64,000 nt of DNA from Octopus sinensis. Its lineage: Eukaryota. The translations under genes and the position numbers were made by a program. The stretch's first letter is position 1. Every line of letters starts with the position of its first letter. A model generated the notes under the pieces. It searched no databases. It was not told where the DNA came from and was given only the letters and a program-made list of their open reading frames with translations. This document shows positions 39,129-48,680 of the stretch, piece by piece. The stretch lies in contig NC_043016.1 in the NCBI RefSeq assembly GCF_006345805.1, positions 13,702,001 through 13,766,000 of the forward strand, in the 5' to 3' direction.

Positions 39129-42100
39129 TTTATTTTAATTGACTGATAACAATAAAAAGCAAAACACAATCAGTGTAGGCATTTTTATTGGTAAAATAAC
39201 ACTTTCAAAGCACAACACACATATCAAAATTTTAAAAAGTGTGTGTATATAGGGTACAGTGAATAAATAAATTGTCGTCTAAATTACGTAAAAAATGTAA
39301 ACAACATTTACTGTCTTTATATTCATATTTCTACTTTCTGCCTTCATTTTTCATTTATTTTTACTATACACTCTTCCCACTTTCTTTCAAGTTGCCTTCT
39401 TATTTTTAAATTCTGTCTGTTTTACTCACATGACTTGTAAGAGTGAGCCACACCAAATCAACTGAATACAAATAGCTACATTAACAGATACTTCATAAGC
39501 TACATCACATTCCCATCATAAGCATAATGTATCCACAACATTACAAAACTCAAAGCCAAAAGCAATTATATTAGTTATAAGCTACACATGAGGATAAAAA
39601 TATTTTTGTATATGTGAATGAAATTATTTTAAAAGTAGAAAAAAAAGAAAAAAGAAAAAATTAAACTTACTTTGCCAGAACTTTTTATTCCTTTCCATAT
39701 ACAAAAATAAACCACAATCCATGCAAGCAATAGACACAAAGCCAGGTCCCATTTAATAGTTCCAGGATGTTCCACACCATCGGATATGTTCAGTACTTTG
39801 CGCCTAAAACAAGATCAATTATGAAAAGCAAATGGACAAATAATCTTTTTTTAAAATTATTACTCAATCTCTCTTTTCATCATTAGTAATGAATATGTTT
39901 TACCAAATACCATCCTACACAGTTACATATAATAAATTTTATTTCTTTATTTCCTTCTAATAAAATAATTAAACAAAATTCAATATTTTGTCCGAAATAA
40001 ATAAACATAAGGACTTACTCCCAAAATTCTGTAATAGGATCCATTATTATAGGTCTCGTGAAATTTCTACTTAGTTGAGAAATGGGTTGTTCAATGTAAT
40101 TAGTCGTTTCATTAAACTGCATCAAATTCATGTCATCTATCCCATATGAACTGTTCAATGCATTTAAACTTGCGTTGCGGTAAAAGTCAATCTCAGTACA
40201 ATTTTCTGAATTCCACTCATGGCCGCAGGAAGACCAAGGAAGGACAGATGTAAATGATGAGAACAGATAATAAAAGGACCATGTCAAAATGATGTTATAG
40301 TTACAGTCGAGGAAGAACACAATCATAGAGCAAGCGTAGCCGATTCCTGAAAATAAGATAATAAGAATTAATTTTGAGTTAATGAAATGATGGTCAAAAG
40401 CATAAACATGGAAAATACAAGAGAATTTATTTTGACATTTAAGAGGAAATGAAGCAAAACACACAAACAGACAATATATATATATATATATAATGATGAT
40501 GATGATATATACCTTGAAATAATGGACAAATTTTCCAAGCTCCAACACCACCTTCAGACATAAATTGTCCTAGAGATACTTCCAGGAAAAAAACTGGAAC
40601 ACCACCCAGTATCACAGCCAACAAGTAGGGGATAAGAAAAGCACCTACAACAAATATTAAATTATGGTCAAAACATATTTAAAAGTGATTTCCTCTCACA
40701 TAAAAAAATAAATTTCAGGCATCGAGGTACTTTTGGTGTTCAATAAATCTTAACATTACGAACTTTTCGACAATGACAATGCTGAACATCATCAACTACA
40801 TTATGTACCAGTGTCATCTTCCATTAACTCCAGATAAGATAGAGTTACTTGTGAGAAACTAATAAATATTTACAGCCTATTTGAATAAGGGTTATATTTT
40901 AAGGAATCTATACTTTCTGATGTTTGTGTTACAATTTCTGTTTGGAATAACAGTCTATTCTATTGACCAACTCAATAGAGTGTTTATACAAAGTTTTTAG
41001 TATCTTATTTGTTAATTCTGTATTAATTGTCATTATAGGAACATCCACTCATTACAGAAGTGATGGGTTTCTCAAAATCTAACATGAAATTTATTTTCCA
41101 GTTGATTTCCATCAAACAAAGAAGTCCATAGAAAGTTTCACATGGCAGAATTTCATGTTACAACATCTTTAGGAGTACATCTCTTCCGTAGAATGAGAGA
41201 TTCCTGTATTTTTAAGCCACACATATGTAGATTTCTGGATGGCATCACCTAATTTCTATTAGATATAAACAACAGATTTCTGATTTTTAAAAATAATACA
41301 TTCGTACAGTAATTAAAAAAGATTTAAGTTATTATAATATGCCCTTCATGTTTTTAAGTTTAAAAATACAAGAGAGCAGTGAGATAATGTAAATTGAAAA
41401 AAAATATTGCAATAATGACAATTTTTTTTTACTACTATGTGAATAATTTGAAAACATTATTACATGTTTTGTGTGCAATTAACAGATAAATTGTGTGATT
41501 AACAGATAACTTGATTGGATAAATAGAGCAGAGAGAGTTATAACTGTCCATTAAATAAACGGAGCCTTGCTTAACCCTTTCATTACCAACTTGGCTGAAA
41601 CCGGTTCTGGCTCTGAGTACAAATGTCTTGTTTTCCTAAGTTTTGAATTAAAATCTTCCACCAAATCTTGGTCACAATTTATGTTCCTAACACTAGCTTA
41701 ATGATAACTAAGTTATTTTACTAAATTCTTTGTTATATTTAAAACAATTGAAAGAAACACAGAGCATCTCAAAATAAATACAGTAACGAAAGGGTTAAGA
41801 AATGAAAATAGAATTGACTGCATTAAGTAGTGTAGATGGGTAAAGCAAGCAGAGTGGAATGTATTGCCTAAGGATCTTATAGTTAAGTCGACTAAATAAT
41901 GGAGTAGTGTAGTATTTCTTCAGTTTTTCGAGGGAGGCAAAAAAAAAAAAAAAAAAAGAAAGAAAAAAAAAAAAAAAAAAAAGAAAATTCAAGTGAGTTA
42001 TTTTTTCACAGAAAATCAGAGAAAATATTATGAATACTCACCCCCACCATTTTTGTAACAAAGAAAAGGAAAACGCCAAACGTTGCCTAAACCAACCGAG

Positions 42101-42276
42101 AAACCAATACAAGCGAGAAGAAAATCGAGTTTTCTTCCCCATGTTTCCCTCTTCTTGATTTTCGATCCTGACTCATCGCTGATTGTTATGCTGGAGTCAT
42201 CTGTTGACGATGAACCGTTGCTTACTGCCGACATTGTCACAGTAGGCACGTCTGTAAATTCAGTTGTCAGAGTCAT
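9458..42276 (-). CDS. Multi-exon SLC6/NSS sodium- and chloride-dependent transporter, GABA/taurine/creatine group (creatine/taurine-transporter-like), 13 coding exons, 680 aa
   Basis: Exons join(42042-42276, 40513-40644, 40019-40346, 39671-39803, 38824-38958, 38595-38698, 37491-37615, 37193-37305, 34736-34873, 16611-16710, 14041-14141, 11482-11661, 9458-9676) total 2043 nt = 680 aa + TAA. All introns are GT..AG with matching phases (1,1,2,0,0,2,1,0,0,1,0,0). Family motifs: [28 protein letters not shown]2 C-x8-[37 protein letters not shown]. The orthologue cannot be assigned without a phylogeny. Confidence 0.95.
10050..10565 (-). mobile_element. Family B: 3' end of an RTE-clade LINE or RTE-tailed SINE with (TGA)n tail
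   Basis: (CAT)n TTTAATGTCC...GGATGCCCTTC...GCCAACCAC. The minus strand near 10240-10330 translates as [20 protein letters not shown], resembling an RTE ORF C-terminus. The GGTGCTTTTTATGTGCCAC block is internally repeated. Confidence 0.75.
10750..10865 (+). repeat. Dispersed AT-rich repeat, second copy at about 14350-14465
   Basis: GGTGAATTTTGATTT...GCAAATT(C/T)TGTC...ATGAAAATTT...TTAACATACAAT...TAATTTTGTAAAAT is present in both places. Confidence 0.75.
11150..11441 (+). mobile_element. Family B (RTE 3' end), opposite orientation to the 10050 copy
   Basis: CTGTGCTTGAGAAGAC...AAAAAGCACCCACTACACTC...CAAATCAGACTGGAGC...(GAT)n tail. Confidence 0.75.
11482..11661 (-). CDS. SLC6 coding exon 12 (EL6, TM12)
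   Basis: ttttag|[60 protein letters not shown]|GTAAGT; 180 nt. Confidence 0.92.
11856..12034. mobile_element. hAT-type MITE (CAGAGCTGCCT ends)
   Basis: Degenerate TIRs; 8-bp flanks AGTCTGAT and GGTTTGAT (6/8 match); internally similar to 61486-61647. Confidence 0.6.
14041..14141 (-). CDS. SLC6 coding exon 11 (IL5, TM11)
   Basis: tttcag|GG GTA: [34 protein letters not shown]|GTAAGT; 101 nt. Confidence 0.93.
15236..15420. repeat. (AT)n/(AC)n microsatellite block (a similar block lies at 16120-16275)
   Basis: Read directly. Confidence 0.9.
16611..16710 (-). CDS. SLC6 coding exon 10 (TM10)
   Basis: ttcgtag|[34 protein letters not shown]|GTATGT; 100 nt; follows an 18,025-nt intron. Confidence 0.93.
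16905..17370. repeat. Compound (AT)n / TATAAATATA microsatellite block
   Basis: Read directly. Confidence 0.9.
21689..21953 (-). mobile_element. Family B (RTE 3' end)
   Basis: (CAT)n TTAATGTCTGCTTTCCATGCTGGCATGGGTTGGACGG...GATGCCCTTCCTAATGCCAACCACTCCGAGAGTGTAGTGGG. Confidence 0.85.
23112..23310 (+). mobile_element. SINE family A, degenerate 5' part
   Basis: GTTGTGTGGTTAAGAAGCTTG...GGATTCAGTCC...GCACCTTGGGCAAGTGTCTTCT matches the family A head. Confidence 0.75.
24240..24830 (+). mobile_element. Penelope-like element relic (linker and GIY-YIG region)
   Basis: Open frame 24249-24596 [62 protein letters not shown], then [33 protein letters not shown]; resembles PLE WFNPPY...KHF...KIFNxNTVKxSY and HxxSF...STxLSKxIW. 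Confidence 0.7.
25790..26005 (+). mobile_element. Family B (RTE 3' end) with an internal ~100-bp tandem duplication
   Basis: CACTCTGTAAAGTGGTTGG...AGGAAGGG occurs at 25791 and 25891; ends CCATGGAAAACGGACATA(TGA)n. Confidence 0.75.
26400..26700 (-). mobile_element. Highly degenerate LINE fragment (possibly RTE C-terminal region)
   Basis: Pyrimidine-rich on the plus strand; the minus strand has an RWLG-like segment reminiscent of LRWxGHVxRM; many stops. Confidence 0.3.
26835..26976 (+). mobile_element. Family B, degenerate
   Basis: AAGTGATTGGCATTAGGAATGGCATCC...CCCATGCCAGCAGAGAAAACAGATGCTAAATGAGGAT. Confidence 0.65.
27324..27525 (+). mobile_element. tRNA-derived SINE family C
   Basis: AGCTGGCAGAATTGTTA...TTCTGAGTTCAAATTCTGC (B-box-like)...GGTTGATAAAATAAGTGCCAG. 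Confidence 0.75.
28200..28560 (+). mobile_element. Degenerate RTE-clade LINE ORF fragment
   Basis: From 28249 reads [37 protein letters not shown], matching the RTE post-RT motif type AWxKFRELLPLL..KGxSLRVKGRLYxACVRxAMLHGSETW. Confidence 0.7.
30274..30451. repeat. Foldback element with ~70-bp imperfect inverted arms
   Basis: Left arm TGACACAGGTATGGAGTACTTCCATTCAGGATTCTGAGTTA...GCAACTCAATAATTGCTGCA; reverse complement of the right arm TGACACACCTATGGAGCACTTAGATTCAGGACTCTGAGTTA...GCGACTCAATAGTTGTTGCA. Confidence 0.85.
30472..30690 (+). mobile_element. tRNA-derived SINE family C
   Basis: GAGCTGGCAGAATTGTTAGC...CTGAGTTCAAATTCTGCTGAGGTCAATTTTGCCTTTCATCC...AATAAGTACCAGTTGAGCAC. Confidence 0.8.
34736..34873 (-). 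CDS. SLC6 coding exon 9 (end of TM8, TM9)
   Basis: ttccag|[46 protein letters not shown]|GTAAGT; 138 nt. Confidence 0.95.
37193..37305 (-). CDS. SLC6 coding exon 8 (EL4b, start of TM8)
   Basis: ctttttaag|GT CCG: [38 protein letters not shown]|GTGAGA; 113 nt; the acceptor is AAG rather than YAG. Confidence 0.95.
37491..37615 (-). CDS. SLC6 coding exon 7 (TM7)
   Basis: attcag|G GAC: [42 protein letters not shown]|GTAAGA; 125 nt. Confidence 0.95.
38595..38698 (-). CDS. SLC6 coding exon 6 (TM6)
   Basis: tttcag|[35 protein letters not shown]|GTAAGT; 104 nt. Confidence 0.95.
38824..38958 (-). CDS. SLC6 coding exon 5 (TM5)
   Basis: tttcag|[45 protein letters not shown]|GTAAAT; 135 nt. Confidence 0.95.
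39671..39803 (-). CDS. SLC6 coding exon 4 (TM4)
   Basis: ttttag|G CGC AAA: [44 protein letters not shown]; 133 nt; donor GTAAGT. Confidence 0.95.
40019..40346 (-). CDS. SLC6 coding exon 3 (TM3 and EL2)
   Basis: tttcag|GA ATC GGC: [50 protein letters not shown]...DPITEFW-E; 328 nt; donor GTAAGT. Confidence 0.95.
40513..40644 (-). CDS. SLC6 coding exon 2 (TM2)
   Basis: ttgtag|GT GCT TTT: [45 protein letters not shown]; 132 nt; donor GTATAT. Confidence 0.95.
41571..41798. mobile_element. piggyBac-type MITE
   Basis: TTAA at both ends; TIRs CCCTTTCATTAC / GTAACGAAAGGG; a partial second copy lies at 25622-25680. Confidence 0.8.
42042..42276 (-). CDS. SLC6 coding exon 1 (N-terminus, TM1)
   Basis: MTLTTEFT...[39 protein letters not shown]; donor G|GTGAGT at 42041-42040 (phase 1). 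The exon physically starts at 42291 after an acceptor. Confidence 0.95.
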
Positions 42277-42291
42277 TTCAATTGGTGAAAT

Positions 42292-42320
42292 CTGTAAAAA
42301 AAGAAAAAAAAAGAAAGAAA
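42292..42320 (-). promoter_or_regulatory. Splice acceptor (polypyrimidine tract + CAG) upstream of the first coding exon
   Basis: Minus strand reads TTTCTTTCTTTTTTTTTCTTTTTTTACAG|ATTTCACCAATTGAAATG; the AG is at 42293-42292, 15 nt before the ATG. Confidence 0.75.
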
Positions 42321-42879
42321 CAATGTCAATGAGTTTAAATAATTAACAATAATGAATCATGAACAGCTAAGTTTTATTTCACAGCATTTCTACTAAAAAA
42401 AAAGAATAAAAAAAAAAAGATGGGAGTTATATGATCACAATGGCCATCATTTCCTTTTCAGAGGCATAATGTAACTAATTTTTCCTTCAATATGGTGTGA
42501 TTTAAGAGAGATTTGATTGCTGTTTCTAGCAGGCTGAAAAACCACACACAGACTCTCTCTGGTCATATTGTATGTGGCTTCTGTATACTTATTTATACAT
42601 AACTACACTGTACTATTGTTGTATATCCATTTTCTATGCAGGCATGAGCTGGTAGTATTGTCATGCTCAGAGTTGTTCCTATTCAGCCTTACAATCCTCT
42701 AAAATGAGTTTGGGGGACTAAATCTTAGTTATGACACAATTTCTGTAGTTGGAAGCCATTTCCCAACCACTTTACAACTCCCGCGCATTTTATCAGAGTA
42801 CTTGGCCCCTGTGAGGTTACTCTGTAACTTGAATGACTGAAGAACTTCAATTACTTTAAGTGGGAGAATGAAAGAGAGT

Positions 42880-43300
42880 GTGTGATAACAGAAACTGAGT
42901 TAAGGTGGAATGGTGAGAGAAGCTAAAGTAGGAAGCAGATGGAAGGAGCGGAATCATTAGTGTACGAGTATGAAAGAGGAGAGAAAAAGAGAGAGAGAGA
43001 GAGAAGCGTGAGGAGTAAAGGAAGAGAAAAAGCAATGTCTTGGAGTCAGCGAAAGCAACTACTTGTTTGGTGTTAGGAAGGCGAATGCTTCTTGGGCAGT
43101 CATAGACCCCATGTTTTAAAAGACAGCGAGGGAGAAAGAGAAGGGAGAAGAATGGCAAGAGTGATAAGGATAGTACGTGGTTGGGTGGTCATGAATAAAG
43201 AGGGGTCCAGTACTATCCCTGTTAAGAGTCTGTGCACTACAGTGAATAAAGAGATAGTGCCAGGGTCTGAGGGGAGGTGAGTGAAGGAGAGAGGTGTTCT
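42880..43300 (-). mobile_element. Possible L2/CR1 RT relic
   Basis: CAGGGAT-AGTACTGGACCCCTCTTTATTC near 43221 gives QGSVL(G/D)PSLF after restoring one base; downstream VAFADS; motif spacing is longer than typical. Confidence 0.3.
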
Positions 43301-43317
43301 AAAGGTGGAAGGTCATC

Positions 43318-43490
43318 AACACATCTCCATGCTGGCATAGGTTGGATGGTTTGACAGAAGCTGTCCAGACACCAAATTCTGCTATGTCCTGGTTTCTATG
43401 GCTGGATGCCCTTCCTAATGTCAACCACTTTACAGAGTTTACTAGGTGCTTTTTACGTGCCACTGGCATGTAAGGTGAGTGACATAAAAG
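43318..43490 (-). mobile_element. Family B (RTE 3' end)
   Basis: CCATGCTGGCATAGGTTGGATGG...GGCTGGATGCCCTTCCTAATGTCAACCAC...GGTGCTTTTTACGTGCCAC. Confidence 0.75.
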
Positions 43491-43720
43491 GGATCCCAGA
43501 TGCCATCATGATCCCCTCACACAAACTCCCCACAGTTTTAGCATTCTCATTCCTGTGTTTGCACAGGAAGGTCATTCTCTACCCATACACAACACTTCTC
43601 CATAACTACTGCAGCAGCCTCATCTCTTGCAAAATACATCTGATTCATGTTTTTATGTTCAGATTCTTTGTACTTTGTCTCTCATACATGCAGACCATTA
43701 TACAACCAGTGGAGCATATT

Positions 43721-43984
43721 TTACCTTTTACTTGTTTCAGTCATTAGATTGTGGCCATGCTGGGGCATTTTCTCGAAGGGTTTCCCGTTCAATGAGTTGA
43801 TCCCGGTACTCGTTTTTTAAAACTTGGTATTTATTCTATCAGTCTCATTTGCCAAACCACTAAGTTATAAAGACCTAAACAAACCAACACCATTGTCTGT
43901 GGTGATGGGGTACAAACACAAATACATACACACACAAACATATGTGCATGCATGTGTGTATATATATATATATATTATATATAT

Positions 43985-44036
<52 letters not shown>

Positions 44037-44188
44037 GGCTTCTTTCAGTTTCCATGTACCAAATCCATTCACTAGGCTTTGATCAGCCCAGGGGTATAGT
44101 AGAAGACACTGCCCAAGATTCCATGCAGTGGGACTGAACCTAGAACCATGTGGTTGGGAAGCAAACTTCTTACAACACAGCCACACTT
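43721..44188 (-). mobile_element. SINE family A with expanded internal (AT)n
   Basis: TTTTACTTGTTTCAGTCA tail at 43726 and head CACAGCCAC near 44180; internal AT microsatellite at about 43955-44025. Confidence 0.8.
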
Positions 44189-45255
44189 GTCCCTATCTAC
44201 TTCAGTCTTTTCAGGCTTCACAAATCCTCTGCATTGAAGGACCAAGTCTTTGCTATGTGCAGTGTTAAATTTTTGTATACAGCTATCATCATACAATTAA
44301 TTGGCACTTGATTTCTGAGAAAGAAACCCTTTGTTGCCAGAAATAGTTTCCCAAACTTACTCAGGCTCTCTCTCTTTCATTATATCTACCGGCATCACTA
44401 ATTAGGCCAACTAGTTAACAGAACCTATCTCAACTACTTCTAGGGAGTCATCCTGACATTAAACAAGTATCTGTTACATGAGTGTTCTCAATGCACCTTG
44501 GACATCTGCCACATGTGAATTCTAACTTTTCCATTAGCCTACATGTCACCCACCGTAGCTCTTCTGTATCTACATTCGTTCAGCCATATAGAATTTCTTT
44601 CTATCCTTTTCTGCATATCAAGCATGACCTTTCTAACATATGCATATTACATGTATGTATATATATATATATATATATGATGATGATGATGATGATGATA
44701 TATATATATACACATACATACACACACACATTCAATGCATACACACAAATAAACATATAAGGCAAAGTACTGCAGCTATTTTGGTGGTGGCATTGTTTTC
44801 AAGGGCTTTGGCTGATTGTATCAACTTCAAAACTCAGTCTGGTATATATTTTTTTAATCTCCTAGAGACGTAACTAAGATGCAGCTAAATACTACAGCAT
44901 ATTTTTGTTCTAATGCATTGAATTTGTTAGGCCGTCCAATGTACCTCATGGGATTTCCACAGATTTTCTCTCGACAAAATTTAATTTTTGAGATTTTGGT
45001 TGATCATCTGAGGCTATGTTAGACAATATTTGCCCAGGTCAACGTGTAATCACATTGAACCTGAAGCCACATGAGAAAAGATATAAACAGCACAGAAATT
45101 TTGGGGCTAATTCACAGAACAACTGCAAAAGGTAATATTTCCCTAATGGAAGACTGGAAATGAGGAACATAGGCTCTTCTATGATGATGATGATGATGAT
45201 GATGATGCTCATTTACAACTATCACATGGTGTCAAGACAAAGATACACACACACA

Positions 45256-45500
45256 CATCATCATCATCATTTAGCGTCCGCTTTCCATGCTAGCATGGGT
45301 TGGACGGTTCAACTGGGGTCTGTGAAGCTGGAAGGCTTCGTCAGGCCCAGTCAGATCTGGCAGTGTTTCTACGGCTGGATGCCCTTCCTAACGCCAACCA
45401 CTCCGTGAGTGTAGTGGGTGCTTTTTACGTGCCACCCGCACAGGTGCCAGACAGAGCTGGCAAACGGCCACGAACGGATGGTGCTTTTACGTGCCACCAG
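45256..45500 (-). mobile_element. Family B, well preserved (CpGs retained)
   Basis: (CAT)n TTAGCGTCCGCTTTCCATGCTAGCATGGGTTGGACGG...CCTAACGCCAACCACTCCGTGAGTGTAGTGGGTGC. Confidence 0.85.
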
Positions 45501-46055
45501 CACGTGTGTATATATTTACGTGCCACACACACGTGTGTATATATTAAAAGAAATGCAGAAAACATTTGACATATTTTATGTCTATATATACATATGTGTA
45601 TATATCATTATTTAATGCCTACTTTTCTTGCTTTACATGGGGGTCAGACACAATTTTCTGGGACAAATATTCTATGGCCAGATGTCCTTCCTGTGTTACC
45701 AAACTTTACGAGATTTCAAGCAAAATATTTTCCCATGGCCAGACATGCTTTTCATGGAAGACCAAAAACAAACCACATCGCTTGTATAACAGTGTTGCTT
45801 GTTTACAACCATCACATTATGTTGAAATAAGGCACACAAACGCATATGTATACACACACAAATGCCTAAAATGTAACCACACATGGATTGTTGGTGATTT
45901 CCCCTCTTTCTCTTTGGATTTTACTCTTTCCTAGGAACAGCTATGCTTGAAACTCTCTCTTTTCACTGAGGATCAAATTAATATATTTTCATGTACATGT
46001 CCTCACATTTGTTTTTTCTCCCCCCACCCCATTTTTTTTTATTGGTTTGTTCTTT

Positions 46056-46056
<1 letters not shown>

Positions 46057-46106
<50 letters not shown>

Positions 46107-46221
46107 GTATATATGTATATATATATGTTGTATATGTATATATATATGTTGTATATGTATATATATATATTAGATATATAGATAATATTATATATATATA
46201 TGTTGTATATGTATAATATAT

Positions 46222-46253
<32 letters not shown>

Positions 46254-46313
46254 GATATATATATATTAGATATATATATATATGTTGTATTGTATATATA
46301 TATATTATAATAT

Positions 46314-46361
<48 letters not shown>

Positions 46362-46402
46362 TATATATGTTGTATAGGTATATATTATATATAGTATTAT
46401 AT

Positions 46403-46448
<46 letters not shown>

Positions 46449-46601
46449 TATATATATAATATGTGTATTGTATATATATATAATATATATATATATATGT
46501 TGTATATGTATAAATATATATATTATATATATATATATATATGTTGTGTATGTATATATTATATATTATATATATATATATATATGTTGTATATGTATAT
46601 A

Positions 46602-46650
<49 letters not shown>

Positions 46651-46701
46651 ATATGTATATATATATATATTATATATATATATATATGTTGGATATGTAT
46701 A

Positions 46702-46733
<32 letters not shown>

Positions 46734-47292
46734 CTATATATATATATAGTTGTATATGTATAAGATATATATTATATATATATAGAGAATTATATATTAT
46801 ATATATGTGGTATATGTATATATATATATATTATATATATAGATATATATATATATATATAATATATATGTTGTATATGTATATATATATATATATAGAT
46901 ATATATATTATATATTATATTATATAGATGTTGTATATGTATAATATATTATAGATATATATATATATATATATGTGATATGTATATATATATAATGATT
47001 ATATATATATATATATAATATATAGATTATATATATATATATATATATTATATATGTTGTATATGTATTATATATATATATTATATATATATAATATAAT
47101 ATTATATATATATATATATGTTGTATATGTATATATATATATTATATATATATATTATATAATATATATATATATAATATATATATATATATGTTGTATA
47201 TGTATATATATATATATTATATATATATATCTATATATAGATATCTATATATATATGTATAGTATATATATATATAATGTATATGTATATAT

Positions 47293-47326
<34 letters not shown>

Positions 47327-47562
47327 AATATAATGTATATATATATATACACATAATATGTATATATATATATATATATATATCCATACATATATATATT
47401 ACACATATATATATATACTCTATATACATATACCATAATTATACATATTATATATATATACATATATAATATATATACATATGTATATAATATATACACA
47501 CATATATATGTATGTATATATATATATATCTGTGTATATCTATATATATATATACACACATA

Positions 47563-47607
<45 letters not shown>

Positions 47608-47640
47608 ATATATATATATTATAATATACATACACATACA
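46057..47640. repeat. 1.6-kb compound (AT)n satellite with recurrent GTTGTATATGT units
   Basis: Read directly; at least 15 copies or variants of GTTGTATATGT embedded in (AT)n between about 46126 and 47205. Confidence 0.95.
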
Positions 47641-48383
47641 CAGTAATGGCCTTGAGCAAAGATGATACACCATTTTGTGAAGCATTCCATAATTTTCAGT
47701 CCACCCATACTAGCATAGAATATGGGCATTAAATGATGATCACACACACGCACGCACACACACACACACAACACTCATGCACACACACACATTCCACTTT
47801 CATCTGACTATAATTTAATCATTTAAAATAAATAATTGCATATGCCTGTGACAAGCAAGGTATTAGTCATGGAAATGAAGCAGTCAGTGAGTGGGTGGGG
47901 GATGGATGGATGAAGAGGCTGTGGGAGAGAATATAAAGAGACACAGGGTAGGGGTGGGGGTGGGTTCATAAAAGAAGCAATTGTTTGATGCAGTGTAAGA
48001 GTGGGAAGAGGGCAGAGAAAGGTAATAGGAGAATAGAAGAAGTAGAGAAGCAGAAAGATGGAATGGGAGAAAGAGGAGGAAATCTGAAATGAAAGGAAAG
48101 AGGAAAGAATAGAGAGAGAGAGAGAGAGAGAGTGAAAAAAGAGAGAAAGAGAAATGAATGGAAAAAGAAGAGGAAGTCTGAAATGAAAGAAGAAGGAATA
48201 GAGAAAAAAAGGGGAGGAGAGAATAGATTGAAGAAAAAGATGGGGGGGGGGGCGCCGACAAAGAAAGGGAGGACAGAACAGAAGTGGGGGAAAAAAGGGA
48301 CATATTGGGTAAGGGACCAAGACAAGAGTATATTTATCCTTCATTTTTTATTTTCTTTTTACTTGACTTCGAATTTATTTATT

Positions 48384-48680
48384 TTTTAAGCCTGGTATTT
48401 ATTCTATTGGTCTCTTTTGCTGAAATGCTAAGTTACAGGGACATAAGCAAACCAACACCAGTTGTCAACCAGTGATAGTATTGGGGAGGGGTGGTGACAA
48501 ACACAAAGAGAGACACACACACACACACAGATGCGTGTGCGCATTGTATGTAGGTATGTACATACAGGAGCTTCCTTGTGTTTCTACCTAGTAAATCCAC
48601 ACACACAAAGCTTTGTTCAACTTCGGGCTATGGTAGAAGATACTTGCCCAAGGTACTATGCTTACTATATAGCCATGCCT
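48384..48680 (-). mobile_element. SINE family A, partial
   Basis: TATTCTATTGGTCTCTTTTGCTGAAATGCTAAGTTACAGGGACATAA...AGAAGATACTTGCCCAAGG. Confidence 0.75.

Noticed and set aside
40347-40551. N-terminal half of the 178-aa ORF 40015-40551
   Set aside because: Read-through of the 166-nt intron 2 (includes the YIYIY microsatellite) and a different frame of exon 2; only 40019-40346 is coding.
42083-42346. 87-aa plus-strand ORF
   Set aside because: Antisense shadow of SLC6 exon 1 with no independent support.
46126-47205. Regularly recurring short motif resembling a CRISPR-like repeat-spacer array
   Set aside because: The spacers are only (AT)n of variable length, the repeat is 11 bp, the context is eukaryotic and there are no cas genes.
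46461-47685. Many Y/I/C/M-rich ORFs, also at about 15000-17400, 43800-44200 and 45160-45400
   Set aside because: Translations of (AT)n, (AC)n and (ATG)n microsatellites.
47823-48389. F/S/L-rich and K/E/R-rich ORFs
   Set aside because: Purine/pyrimidine-skewed low-complexity DNA with (AG)n; no domain motifs.
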